The notes: a model not told the origin generated them from the sequence alone. A DNA stretch of 64,000 nt from Callorhinchus milii (GCF_018977255.1 NW_024704742.1:138634001-138698000), one strand, 5' to 3'; shown: positions 37,875 through 51,000, counted from the first letter of the stretch. A program made the numbers and translations.

Positions 37875-38859
37875 GTAAGTCATCAGCAGCCTTTGCCTAA
37901 ATGACATTTTATTCACTTAAGTCCTGTAGCTCTTGATTAGAGCACTCACCTCGCAAGCGAGGGACCTGGGTTTGATTCCCGGGCAGGGTGAAATGTTGGT
38001 CAAGTTTCCTTACTCCACAACCCTCTGTTTACCTAGCAGCAAGTAGGAACCTGGCTGGTTGTTAGTCGAGTGACGGATCGCTTTCCTGGGGGAATTAATC
38101 CCTTCAAAAAACAAATAAATAATAATTTGGTCTCTCAAACCACGACTGTTTGTGGGACACTACTGAGCACAATTTGTTGCTGCGTTTCGCCTACAAAATA
38201 CGGTCACTGCACTTTACAGTTTTGAGACGTCTCATTAACATGGTAAGGCACTATTTCAACTGCAAGGATTATTATTCTTATAATGTGATGTGTATCACCA
38301 CAGCCCAAACCCCAATCCCATTTACTCATCCCATATCTTCTGCGTTTCCTATTCAATTTACCTCCTTTTGAAGCTTTGCTTTCTGAATATTCTTTGTGGT
38401 ATAAAGATCCTACAAATCAACAGTCATTACATTTTGTAACAATTGCCCGTTCTGTACTCTGAGACATTTCAATGTTAGGGGTGATGTATTATATGCAGGG
38501 ATTATTTATTTATTTTTATCAGCACCATATTTTCCAAAATCCAGCAGTTGTCCCAACGCACACTCTGGAGTCCCCAAGCCTTGGCTCTTGCCAACCTGCG
38601 CCTAATAGTCTCCGGAATTAGATAAGCAGGGTGGGTTCCTTCAGGGAGACAGTGTGCATTCCATTCAAATACACGGAAATTTCCATGTATAGGTGGGATG
38701 CATTGAACTCTCACTCTTATTTGGATACTCTTAAGCACGGTGATTGGTTTGTGTGTGTCAGACATCTGGCTGACCATAAAAAAAATTCCAACCCTCATAA
38801 TGCCCTTATAATCTTAAATATCTCAGCTGCATCTGCCATCAGCTCTACTAATCTCTAGT

Positions 38860-40045
38860 CAAGACAGAGGCCCTCCTACTTGGCTCCTGGCATTGCCTCC
38901 TCACCTCAGCCACTGATTTATGGCTGCTCTCTTCACCTCACCAATCTGAAACTGCAGTGTCTTTTTCGACCCTCAGCTATTCTTCAAACCCCTTATTTGT
39001 GCCATGACCAGTTCTGCCTTTCCCCACCTCCACCACTGCCTCTCACCGCAGGCCACTGAGACCCTGATAAATGCTTTCATCACATCCCGGCTTGACTACG
39101 CCAACTGTCTGCTCACTGGGCTTCCCAACTCTTCCCTCCACAAGAGGCAGATTATTCAGAACAGCTAGTGTCCTCTCTCGCTCCAGGCTCCGGGAACCTA
39201 TCACCCCTGTTCTTGCCCGGCTTCACCGGCTCCCAATTCCTCAAAGAATCGAGTACAAAATCCTCGTTCTTACCTTCAAGGCCCTCCATGGTCTTGCTCC
39301 TTCCATCTCTCCGACCTCCTGTCCACTCAGCCTGTCCGCTCCCTCCGCTCAGTGGGCACCGGCTGCTTCAGGTTCCTCGCACTTCCTGCCCCACCATTTG
39401 CGGTCTGGCATTCAGCATCTCTGCCCCACAATCTGGAACTCTTATCGTGCAATCCCTCTGCCTCACCCCCTCTCTTGCCTCCTTCAAGTCCTGTCTGAAG
39501 ACCTTCTCTTCGACTGTGCCTTCAGTCATCCTTCCATCCCCACCATCCCTGCCGCCTCCCCTTCTGATCCCAACTCACAGCTCGGGTCCAAAACCCAATT
39601 GTCCAGCATGTTGGGACATCTTTCCGATGTGAAGGACTCTATACAAATGTAATTTGCTTCTTCTTACCTCTGTGACCTGCTAATGCCATATCAACCTGTC
39701 TGCTTCCTCTGTTCAGCAGGCTTCGGCCTGCTCCACAACCCTGTCCAGCCCTCCCCACCATCGGTGGTCGGGCCTTCAGCCTCTCTGACCCCACCCTGTG
39801 GAACTGCATCCCAGTCCTGCCCCTTCGCTCCTTCCCTCAGCTCCTTCAAAGCCCATCTGAAGACCCTCCTCTTCGACTGTGCCTTTGGTCACCCTCCTAC
39901 CCCTACCCTCCCTGCCCTCCAACCCTCCTGATCCCAACCCCCAGCTCGGGTCTAAATCCCTGACTGTCCAGCATCTTGGGACGTCCTCCCAATGTGAAAG
40001 GTACCGTCTAATTGTAATGTGTTGTTAATGTAAAGTTGTTGTTAT
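38860..40045 (+). mobile_element. Two tandem degenerate L2 3' fragments
   Basis: ITPVLARLHRLPIPQRIEYKILVLTFKALHGLAP, with 3' tails at about 39650 and about 40040. Confidence 0.75.
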
Positions 40046-40051
40046 TGACAG

Positions 40052-40205
40052 ATCGTTGCCTTGTCGACCTCACACCCAGTCTATGCGCTCACAACTGGCA
40101 GGAAGTATCAGATCCGTCTGCGATGCAAACAGATTGCCAACAGGGATTTCAGTGAGTTCAGTGACACTGTTCACGTCTTCATCCCCAAACCAACGTCAGC
40201 AGAGG
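40052..40205 (+). CDS. GHR: GHR module B, exon-7 equivalent
   Basis: Acceptor tgacag|, peptide IVALSTSHPVYALTTGRKYQIRLRCKQIANRDFSEFSDTVHVFIPKPTSAE, donor g|gtgagt. FSEFS motif. 154 nt, phase 0 to 1. Confidence 0.92.
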
Positions 40206-40490
40206 GTGAGTCATTCCCACCAACAGTTGTAAACTTCATTGCTGAATTTCATAGCATAGGAGGCCATTCAACTGTGAATCTCACTGTTTGCTTTGTGCAT
40301 TCACTGTTGATCGCGGACTTCTGTAGTGGTTACAGCTCTCGCCCTCACAAGCGAGAGGACCTGGATTTGATACACAGTCACAACACTTAGTAATTCCTGT
40401 AAACCAACTTCGCGCACACCTCTCCTCCCACTCCCTCTTCGAACCCCTCTAGTCCGGTTTCCGCCCACAGTTCAGAGACTGCACTTGTCT

Positions 40491-42793
40491 TGCTCTTGCC
40501 CCCATCACTTCCCGCACTGTCTCCTACTCCCGCTCCTCCCCCTGGTACACCACCCACCTCCGCTCACTGAAAAGCCAGGTGTTGGCCGCTGAACGCACCT
40601 GTGTCAAATCTGGCCTAACGGTCCACCGACAAATCTGGCTGGACCTCCTCAAAATTTACCGCTCCACTCTAGCCTCGGCCAAGTCGTCCTTCTACTCCAG
40701 GATAATCCTGGAGGTGAAGAACAACCCCAGGCTACTGTTTTCCACCACAACCCGACTCCTCCGTCCCCCCCGCCACCCCGCGCAGGTCATCTCCTCCAAC
40801 CTTCACTGCGAGGAGATGCTGGATTTCCTTGAATCCAAGATCAAGGGAATTCGCTCCGCGGTCACTTCCCCTCCAACATCCACCAACCCCCCACCCCCTC
40901 ACTCCCACACTCCGACTGCTACCCATCCTCCCCTACTCACGTTTGTACCCGTTTCCCCACCCTCTGTCACTAAACTCATCCTATCCCTAAAACCAACCAC
41001 CTGCTACCTTGACCCCATCCCCACTCCACTCCTTATCTCCCAGCTCCACTTTCTTGCCCCACATATCTCCGACATCATCAACCTGTCCCTCTCCTCTGGC
41101 TCTGTCCCCATTCCCTTAAAAACTGCCACCATCACGCCCACCCTGAAAAAACCCTCCCTTGATGCGTCGCAGCTATCAAGCTACCGGCCCATCTCCAACC
41201 TCCCCTTTCTCTCCAAGGTCCTGGAAAGAGTTGTCGCCTCCCAACTGCGCTCTTTCCTTTCCACCCATTCACTTTTCGAACCCCTTCAGTCAGGTTTCCG
41301 TGCTGCCCATAGCACAGAAACTGCCCTGGTCAAGGTCACCAATGATATCCTGACCATCTGTGACCAGGGCTCCCTCTGCCTCCTCGTCCTCCTCGACCTA
41401 TCGGCAGCATTCGATACGGTCGACCACGCTATCCTACTCCACCGCTTGTCCTCCCACCTCAACCTTCAAGGCACTGTCCTTGAATGGTTTAGGTCGTACC
41501 TTTCTCACCGTCTTCACTTTGTCTCGACGAATGGCTTCTCCTCCACCCCCCGTACTGTCTCATGTGGTGTCCCTCAGGGCTCTGTCCTCGGTCCCCTCCT
41601 CTTCACCCTCTATATGCTCCCCCTTGGTGACATCATCCGCAGACATGGAGTTAACTTCCACATGTATGCGGATGACACCCAACTCTACCTTTCCTCCTCT
41701 ACTCTCAACTCCACGACCACCGATGTCCTGACAGCTGCCTGTCCGACATCGAGTCCTGGACGAGAGACAACTTTCTTCAGCTCAACGTGCGAAAAACCGA
41801 GGCCCTCCTGATTGGCTCACGTCAGCGCCTCCGCACCTCAGGCGCTGACACCATCAGCATCCAAGGCTGCACTCTCCACCTCTCAAAGCCAGTCAGGAAC
41901 CTCGGCGTTTTGTTCGACCCTGAGCTGTCCTTTCTCCCTCACATCCGCACCACAACTGGCACCGCCTTCCATCACCTCCGGAACATCGCCAGACTACGGC
42001 ACTACCTCACCCCTCACGCTGCTGAAACCCTGGTTCACGCCTTTGTCACCTCAAGGCTGGACTATGGGAACTCTCTCCTCGCCGGCCTTCCCGCCACCTC
42101 CCTCCACAAGCTGCAGGTCATTCAGAACTCTGCAGCTCGTGTACTGTCCCGCACCAGGCTTCGGGACCACATCACTCCCACCCTCGCTCGCCTCCACTGG
42201 CTCCCCATCCCCCAGAGGATTGATTTCAAGATCCTCATCCTCACCTACAAGGCCATTCACGGCCTTGCTCCCTCCTACCTCTCCAACCTACTATCCCCCT
42301 ACCTACCTGCCCGTACCCTCCGTTCCTCTGGCTCCGGTCTGCTCCACGTCCCCCGCCCCAACCGCCCTACCATCGGTGGTCGGGCCTTCAGCCTCTCAGC
42401 CCCAGGCTCTGGAACTCCATCCCCCAGTGCCTTCGCCGCTTCCTCCCTTTCCTCCTTCAAGGCCGGTCTCAAAACCTTTCTCTTTGACCGAGCCTTCAGC
42501 TCCCCTCTCGACTCTCTTCCCCCTCCTCGCTCCCTCCCTTCCCTCCCCTCACCCTGACCATTTCCCCCCTCCTCGCTCCCTCCCTTCCCTCACCCTGACC
42601 ATTTCCCCCCTCCTCGCTCCCTCCCTTCCCTCCCCTCACCCTGACCATTTCCCCCCTCCTCGCTCCCTCCCTTCCCTCACCCTGACCATTTCCCCCCTGC
42701 TCGGGTCATGACCCAACTGTGCAGCGCCTTGGGACGTCCTCCTGACGTGAAAGGCGTTTTATAAATGGAATCTTGTTGTTGTTGTTGTTGTTG
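40491..42793 (+). mobile_element. Young 5'-truncated L2-clade LINE with near-intact reverse transcriptase (two 1-nt frameshifts near 41733 and 42404)
   Basis: [49 protein letters not shown] and YADDTQLY motifs. Tandem 40-45 bp repeats in the 3' UTR and a (GTT)n tail. Confidence 0.95.
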
Positions 42794-42794
42794 T

Positions 42795-43820
42795 GAAAGT
42801 CACAAATGCCATCCTCTCTATCTGTGACCAGGGCTCCCTCTACCTCTGCAGACATGGGGTACACTTCCACATGTAAGCGGACGACACCCAACTCTATTTG
42901 TCCACCTCTCTTTGCGCCCCCCAGTCCCCTGATGTTCTGCCTGTCAGATCTCAGGGGCTGGATGAGCACAAACTTCCTTCAGCTGAACGTTGACAAGACG
43001 GAAGCCATACTCTTTGGCTCTCGTCAACATCTAAAATCTCACGGCTCTCACCTCCTCCACCTACCAGACCTCCCCCTAAAACTCTCCGAACCCGTATGCA
43101 ACCTAGGGATCAGGTTCAACCTCCAATAATCCTTCCTCCCCCACAAGCGGTCCCTCACCAGCACCGCCTTTACCACTTCGGACGCATCGCCATTCTCCGC
43201 CAATACCTCTCCCCAAAAGCCGCTGAAACCCTGGTCCAGGCCTTTGTCACCTCTCGGCTGGACTATTCTAACGCCCTCCTCGCCGGCCTTCCCTCCACGA
43301 CCATCCATAAAATCCAAATCATTCAAAACTCTGCCGCCCGCATTCTCACCCGACAAACTTCCGCTCCTCGATCCCCCGTCCTTGCCAGACTGCACTCGCT
43401 GCCTATCCCAGAGGATCGACCAAGATCCCCACCCTTGTATTCAAGTCCCTGCACTCCTCTGCACCCCCCGACCTCTCTGACCTCCTCTCCCCTCAAAACA
43501 GTACCCGTTGCTTTCGTTCCTCCGGGTCTGGCCTCCTCCTCGTCCCCCGAGTGCTCCGCTCCACCCTCGGTGACCGTGCCTTCAGCCACTGCGCCCCGAG
43601 GCTCTGGAACTGCCTTCCTCACTCCCTTCGTCTCGTCCCCTCCCTTCTCATTTACAGGTCTCTGCTGAAGACCTTTCTTTTCGACCGCGCCTTTGGTCAC
43701 CTTCCTCCCCCTCCCCCTGGCTCCTCCCCCTGGCTTGGTCCTGGGATCCGTTACTGTGAAGCGCTCTGAGACGCCATCCGGCATGGAGGGTGCTTTATAA
43801 ATCCAAGTTGTTGTGGTTGT
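42795..43820 (+). mobile_element. Older L2 element (3' part). Its 5' part is at about 40403-40489
   Basis: LQLNVDKTEAILFGS and FVTSRLDYSNALLAGLP motifs, with a gttgtt tail at about 43810. Confidence 0.8.
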
Positions 43821-43875
43821 AGATGTTTCTTTATTTCTCTACAACCACTAAGCTACAGGGCCTGTGGAGTTCTGT

Positions 43876-44203
43876 AATAATAATAATAATAATAATCCTT
43901 GCATTTGATATAGCGCTTTTCACGTCGGGAGGACGTCCCAAAGCGCTTCATAGAACACACTGTAAAGTGAATTGACTGTATATTTGTGGGCGAACGCGGC
44001 AGCCAATTGCGCACAGCAATGTCCCACAAACAGTCGTAGATTGAAAATGACCAATTTAATTATTGTTTTTGGTTTTGGAGGGATTATTATTAGGCTCTGT
44101 GTGGAGTAAGGAAACTTGCCCGAGGTTTCGCCCTCTGCCTGGAATTGAACTCAGGTCTCTCACTTGCAAAGCGAGTGCTCTAACCACTGAGCTACAGGAC
44201 TCC
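43876..44203 (-). mobile_element. tRNA-headed SINE, full length, young
   Basis: Near-identical reverse complement of 57005-57326. Confidence 0.9.
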
Positions 44204-45313
44204 ACTGTAGCTTAGGGGTTACAGCGCTCGCCTCACAAGCGAGGGGACCTGGGTTCAATTCCTGGCTCACCTCCTCCCTTGCTCCTTCAAGTCCCGTCTG
44301 AAGACCTTCCTCTTCGACTGTGCCTTCAGCCACCCTCCCACCCCCAACTCCCCTGCCCTCCTCCTCTTCTGACCGCAACTCACAACTTGGGTCCGAAACC
44401 TCTGATTGTTGATGTTGCTAATGCCTTATATTTGATCGTCTTCAAAGCCCTCCACAGCCTCACTCCTTCCTACCTCTGTGACCTGCTAAAGCCTTTTCAA
44501 CTTGTCGTCTCCCTCTGCTCAGCAAGCTACGGCTTGAGTTTAGGGGTTTGAGCACTCGCCTCACAAGCAAGAGGACATGGGTTCAATTCTGCCTCACCCC
44601 CTCTCTTGCCTCCTTCAAGTCCTGTCTGAAGACCTTTCTCTTCGACTGTGCCTTCAGCCACCCTCCCACCCCCACCCCTGGGGACCTGGGTTCAATTCCT
44701 GTCAGGGTGAAACGTTTCCTTACTCCACATGTCTCTGGTTACCTAGCAGTAGCTAGGAACCTGGTTGTTAGTCGATTGACGGATCGCTTTTCTTGGGTTA
44801 ATAATCTCTTCAAAATGCAAAAAAAAATGTGGTCACTCAATCCACGACTGTTTATGGGTCACTCACCGCTGTGCACAATTGGCTGCCGTGTTTCGCTCAC
44901 AAAATATACAGTCAACACACTTTACAGTATAACCTGTGAGACGTCTCGAAGACGTGATAAGGCGCTATATCAAATGCAAGGATTATTATTATTATTGATG
45001 GTGACCTGATGACCCAGAGGTCAGTTATTTTGTCTTTTAGCGCACAAACTGGACAGTGTGCAGGGAGCGAGTTGGACAGCTGAGTGCATGTGCAGTGACA
45101 CCCACCTTGCTACAGCACATATTGAGATTTTATGGTCCCAAAACATGGCATTATGATGAGGCGCTGTAATTAATAACTTCCTGGCTACCTCAATTGACAT
45201 CTTAAATATTTAAGTGCTGCCTGACACTCCCAACTTGCTATGCTCTGTCAGAAACGTAACTTGTTTTCCGTCTGCTTTCTGCTTGATGGGTTTCAACCTG
45301 TTTGATCTTACAG

Positions 45314-45404
45314 AAGCAGGATTCCTGCTCAGGCTGATCCTTATATTCGTGTCATTGGGTGTGGCTGCAGTTTTGCTACTGATCCTGTTCACTAATAACC
45401 AAAG
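45314..45404 (+). CDS. GHR: GHR transmembrane exon
   Basis: Acceptor ttacag|, peptide EAGFLLRLILIFVSLGVAAVLLLILFTNNQR, donor |gtatgt. 91 nt, phase 1 to 2. Confidence 0.93.
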
Positions 45405-45665
45405 GTATGTATAGTAGTACACATAAAAATAGTCGTAGACTCACAATGTTACAGGACTGACACTGTGAAGTTCTGTAACTTAGTGGTTAGAGCACGCGCC
45501 TCCTTTTGCAGTATATTCTGTGAAGCGCTAGCTGTGATAAGGCGCTATATCAAATGCAAAGATTATTATTAATGTCAAAGAGGCTATTTGTATGTAAACT
45601 GTTGTTTTTGAAAAAGATAAATGTTAAAGCTGACAAACTGATGCCCTGAAGTGTGTATTTTATAG

Positions 45666-45735
45666 GCTGAAGGTGCTGCTTCTTCCTCCTGTCCCTGTGC
45701 CCAAAATCAAAGGCATTGATCCGGAACTTTTGAAG
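45666..45735 (+). CDS. GHR: GHR Box1 (JAK2-binding) exon
   Basis: Acceptor tatag|, peptide [23 protein letters not shown], donor |gtaatg. 70 nt, phase 2 to 0. Confidence 0.95.
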
Positions 45736-45744
45736 GTAATGTGA

Positions 45745-46330
45745 ATCCTTAATCTTTCTCCCCCATATCCGTGCCATGAACCGCTCTGCCTTCCCCCACC
45801 TCCTCAACATTGCCAGACTCCGCCACTGCCTCATCCCTCAGTCCACCAAAACTCTCATACACACATTCATCACCTCAAGGCTCAACCTCCTTGTCGGCTT
45901 CCCCAACTCTTCCCTCCACAAGCTGCAGATCATCCAGAACTCTGCAGCTCATGTCCTCTTCTGCACCAGGCTCTGTGAACCCATCAACCCCACCGTCGCC
46001 CGGCTCCATTGGTTCCCCATCCCTCAGAGGATAGAATTCAAAATTCACGTCCTCACTTTCAAGGCCCTCCATGGCCTTGCCCTCTCCTACATCTCTGACC
46101 TGCTGACCCCCTATCAGCCTGTCCACTCCCTCTGCTCAGCAGGCTCCGGCCTGCTCCAGGTCTCCCGCTCAATCACCCCTACCATCGACGGCCGGGCTTT
46201 CAGCCTCTCTGCACTCCTTCATCCCAACCCTGCCCCCCCCCCATGCTTGGTGCTGGATCCCTGACTGTTCAGTGCCTTGGGATGTCCTCCCAACGTGAAA
46301 CGTGCTTTGCAAATGCAATACTGTTGTTGT
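45745..46330 (+). mobile_element. Degenerate L2 3' fragment
   Basis: LHKLQIIQNSAA...ARLHWFPIPQRIEFKI motif. Confidence 0.75.
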
Positions 46331-47113
46331 CTCCACATGAACTGCCCAGTCTAACCCCACTCTCCCCCATAGCATTCAATATTTCTCCTTTTCTAGCTTC
46401 TATCCGATTCCCCTTCAGAAGAATTAACTAATTCTGCTTCAACTCTGCTTTATGGTAGAGAATATTGCATTGTGTTCCCAGACCCTTCTGTGTAAAGACA
46501 AGTTTTTTTTCTGAACTCTCCTTCAATTCCTTTTTTTGATTACCTTATTCCTAACTTGCTGACTGGTGAAATTACCTCCAGTATTACTATTTACCCTGAA
46601 TAATGTGTAGTCCCGTAGCATAGTGGTTAGAGCTCTCCCCTCACAAGCGAGAGGATCCGGGTTCGATTCCCAGGTGGGGCGAAACCTTAGCCAAGTTTCC
46701 TTACTCTACATGCCTTTGTTTACCTAGCAGTAAGTAGGAACCCGGTTGTTAGTCGATTGGCGGATCACTTTAATGATCCCTTCCCAAATAAATTGGTCAC
46801 TCAATCCACAACTGTTTGTGGGACATCCTCCCGACATGAAAGGCGCTACACAAATATAATTTTGTTGGTTGTTGTTGTCATTGGCTGCTGTTTTTTGCTC
46901 ACAAAATACGCAATCAATCCACTTTACAGTATATCTTGTGAAGCGCTTTGAGACATCTCAACGACATGATAAGGAATAATATCAAATGAAAGGAATATTA
47001 TTATTATTATGATAATCTTGAGGACCTCTAAAAGGTCACTCATTAATCTTCCCATCTTCAATGAAGAAAGATATCCCTGGTAACTTGCTCATATTTTTTT
47101 GTCTCTGTTACAG

Positions 47114-48082
47114 AAAGGTAAAATCAATGAGGTGAACTCCATTTTTGCCAACCACCTGAGCTATAAAGCTGAGCTGTACGCCGATGACCCCTGGGTGGAA
47201 TTTATTGACGTTGACCTTGAGGATTCTGACAGGAAGACAGAAGGGTCAGATACAGACAGACTCCTGGCTTGTGAACACCCCACGTCTGATCCCTGCCTGA
47301 GCATCAAGGATGATGACTCGGGCCGCGACAGCTGCTACGAAGCAGATGTTTTTGATGTCGATCTCACTAGTGGGAGAAAAAGCACCAGTATATCAGCTGC
47401 TCAGCAATTGGAAACCAGTGGTGAGAGAGAGGGATCCCTGGTGAGTCTGAGCGAGGGAACGCCTATAGGCAAGAATAGTATAGATCTGAGAGGCACCGAG
47501 TATCTGGAGGCCGATGATTGTGGCACGGGTAACTTCGAGCTGATGACTGTGGATAGCAGACTTGCGACAGTGAGTGATAAAGTGTCTGACCACAAGCCCA
47601 GCACACACAGCCAGCTCTGCAGCCAGAGTTCCTTTGGCAACATGGACTTCTACGCCCAGGTAAGCGACATCACTCCAGCAGGAGGGGTCCTGCTTTCACC
47701 TGGGCAGCAGAGCAGAATGGAGGCACCACTGAGAAAAGAGGCAAAGGGAGCCCAGAGAACCAAAGCACCCGATAGTGCCTACACATCCAAATTGGACACG
47801 AAACAGCTGTGTTCCTTGGATGCTCCAAATGAGCAGAGAATGGCGGATCTGGAGAGGAATCCGAATTGTTATCTGATGGTGGACAGCCTTGACAATGCTG
47901 TGGCCAGGTCCTGTAAGGAAGCAGAGAGTGCAAGGCAGCTGCCTGTACCGGACTATACCTCCATTCACATGGTGGACTCTCAGCACAGCCTCCTGTTGAA
48001 CCCAAACGTTCTGCCCAGCAAGAGCCAACCTACCCCTGCTGAATACTTGATGCCTGAGCAACTTGGCAATGTCATGCCATGA
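47114..48082 (+). CDS. GHR: GHR last exon (cytoplasmic domain)
   Basis: Acceptor ttacag|KGKINEVNSI. Contains DDPWVEFIDVD (UbE/Box2-like), DDSGRDSCYE (DSGxxS degron), MDFYAQVSDITPAG..LSPGQ, PVPDYTSIH, and the C-terminus EQLGNVMP*. 969 nt. Confidence 0.96.
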   Translation, partial: KGKINEVNSIFANHLSYKAELYADDPWVEFIDVDLEDSDRKTEGSDTDRLLACEHPTSDPCLSIKDDDSGRDSCYEADVFDVDLTSGRKSTSISAAQQLETSGEREGSLVSLSEGTPIGKNSIDLRGTEYLEADDCGTGNFELMTVDSRLATVSDKVSDHKPSTHSQLCSQSSFGNMDFYAQVSDITPAGGVLLSPGQQSRMEAPLRKEAKGAQRTKAPDSAYTSKLDTKQLCSLDAPNEQRMADLERNPNCYLMVDSLDNAVARSCKEAESARQLPVPDYTSIHMVDSQHSLLLNPNVLPSKSQPTPAEYLMPEQLGNVMP

Positions 48083-51000
48083 TAACCACCAAGTGTTGTA
48101 TGGCCAAGCCTGGGAACCTCTCTATTCTCACACCAAACAAAAATCAATGGCGTCAAATAGACTTGAAAGAATTAAGGGTATCTTTCCAGAAAACACAGGC
48201 CACAAAAAGCAAACAGGAGTCACAAAATATTACCAGCTCTACATCCAGAGCAAGAATTTGTTTTACATTTGGTATTTGGTAGTGAAAACAGGCTTGTATT
48301 TTTATACAAAAGAAGTTCTCTCTAACGCCCAGTCAAAGGAGTCTATTTCAAAAACACTCTGAATATTGCTGTGCCTTTGGGCAAAAATTAGCCCCATCGC
48401 CTTCACCTCCCCATACCTACTCCTGTGAGAGCCACAGCCTGAGTTCCACTACTTGAAACCTAGGTCCCAACTCCAATCCTCAGCACACAATGCCTCATGT
48501 TTCTGGTATAATGGCCATAAAGAGCAGGGTGGACACCCAGCAAAGTATGGTGCTGTCCACAGCATTGTATCGCTCTGCTCTTCTCAGCTCAATGGTAAAT
48601 GAAGACTTTCAGAAATGGGAGTCAGGAGCCTGAAATTCCACACAGTTCCAGTTTGGGAGACTAATTTGTCTTAACAACTCAAGATGAAGTAGAATTATGT
48701 AAGGTTCTTCAGAGAGCCATAGAAATTTACGGCCCAGAAGAATGGTATAGAAGAAAAGGACTTCAATTCAGCGCCGCGAACCTGCTTTTTCACCTAAACC
48801 ATTGCAAATTACTCTTGAGATATCTTCAACTCAGGCATAATTTGAAGATAGTTTTCCCCAGTCCTTAAAAAATCCTGCAAAATTTATACAAGTCTTAGGT
48901 GATATTGAAATTAAGTATTTTTCCTTAATTCTAGATATCTCAAATTCCAAGGTATAATGGTACTCCTAGACTAACGATATTTTTGGCATATTAAGTGGAA
49001 TTTGGGACTCTCTTCTGAGGAGAGTCTGTTCCTTGGGAGCAATTTAAAAGTAGTCCCAAGGGGAAAATCTTCAAATCTCATCAGTCTACAGAGGGGCACC
49101 TGGCAGCCCTTTGGTTTGCTTGTGAAAAGGCAAATAATAAGCTGCAGAGTGTGAAAGCCTCTGAACGACGTGTGCCTTTCCTCAGGGCTCGGTGTCACAC
49201 AAAAGTTTTAGCTAAACAAATTCAATGGAAATAATATCACCCCAAAATGGAGACAATTTAATGGCAGCTCAATTTTTACCTACTGAATGTACCTGAGGTT
49301 GATTCTCTCTCGCCTCCTCCACATGCCGTGCTCATTCAACATCTGTGAAGCTGGAGTCTTGCCTTTGAGCTTGACATCTCACCATTCAGATAAGTTTATT
49401 GGTATATATAGCGGTCAGCTTTTTAACCAAATCAAGATCTCAAGAGTATCCCGATATGCAAACAACTGGAGGTCCAATCCAGATCAATGGGTTTGAAAAT
49501 GGGATGGGGAGCTCTGCCTCTGGTGATGTGCTAAGTGGAACATTTACCACTAAATTGCCACAATATCCACTGCTAACATACAAACATTTTCATCCGTGTG
49601 TCTCAGCTTCCATTCATATCAGCCTACCCTGTGCATGCCATCTGCTTCATATCATTGCTCACTTCTATGGTACTCTCTGCAGTCACAGGGTCTCATCCAT
49701 CCTGTGACCTGCAAATGTGGTTAGGAGATTAAGAAGATCCTTGTGGGCGGACTAGATTAGGAACCTTATGATGTTTGAACTTTGTAAAAGAAGTACTCAT
49801 TCAGCCTACTCAGCCTGTTTCACTATTTGGTTACATCAAAGCCATGATAGTTTCTTCAATTCTATTTCCCCACCTTTTCTCAAAAGTCCTTAATCTCCTT
49901 ATTTTTGAAGTATTTGTCTATCTCTCTTTGAAACTAATTCCTTCTGATTCTATGTCTTCTCGCTGAATTCAAATCCAGACTGAGAATCTGTTCCCTTTGT
50001 AATCAGACAAGGAGGAGAGGGGCGCTAAGAATTCAATAATTTAAGTTTCTGAGAAGATAAATGATGTAAGATTATTTGTACTGGTTGATGAGAAGACACA
50101 ACCTCAGTATTTTCACTGGTAGAGTTAAGGGCGAAGTTATAAGGAGTTTACCCAAACTCTTCAATCTCCTGGGAGGGGTGATCATCAGACACTCATCACT
50201 TACTCCCTGGACCCTGCTAAGACATTTAGAATGAGGTTGCGGATCTAAGTTGCAAGATTTTTAAAAGGTGAATAAGACTGGTAAAGAGTTAATAAATAGT
50301 AATTGGGTGTTGTGGCCAACCCTTAGACCCTGAACTAATTCTGTGAAGTTAGTGTCACAGAATAGTTCCAGAGTGTAGCTGCCACACACCTCAGGTTTAA
50401 TATTTGCAATCCTGCAAATGAGATCCCATTATCTCCTGTTACGATCTTGGTGTTCATCTGTAACCAATTGCATTCCCTGTTCATTCATTGTCCCAATTAT
50501 GTCTGACCACTCAAACCCATTTTAAGTATATATCTCTCATAAGAACATAAGAATTTACTAGGCGAAAAAGCACCAAGGTCCATTTAGTTCACCTTCCAAC
50601 ATCCTGGCAGTTGCTTATTAACATGTCGTGTCCCAAACTATATACTGTATCCCCAGATATTATTTTCTAGCAGAAATCTATCTCATTTGTTCTTGAAACT
50701 AACAACACTTTCTGCTTCCACCGTCTCCCTAGGGAGCCTGTTCCATACGTTTACTACTCGCTCACTGAAGTCGTGTCTCTTCAGATTTCTTCTGAATTTA
50801 CCCCATTTCAATCTCAGGCCCTGTTGTCTGGTTCTACTGTTCAGTACAAGATAAAACAGCTTCTAGTGGATATTATCTAGTCCCTTCAGAATCTTAAAGA
50901 CCGTAATCTCCAGCCCTTTCTAAAGGTCAGTACTTAATAACAGCTTGTGCTTGGAGCCTATTCCATTTATCACTGTCCTGTCAACCAGTCATGTGAACAG

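Noticed and set aside
28977..48082. Prolactin receptor, or two separate receptor genes
   Set aside because: FSEFS/FSDFS instead of WSXWS, Box1 [28 protein letters not shown] and adjacency to FBXO4 all indicate GHR. No TM, cytoplasmic or leader exon was found between the two modules.
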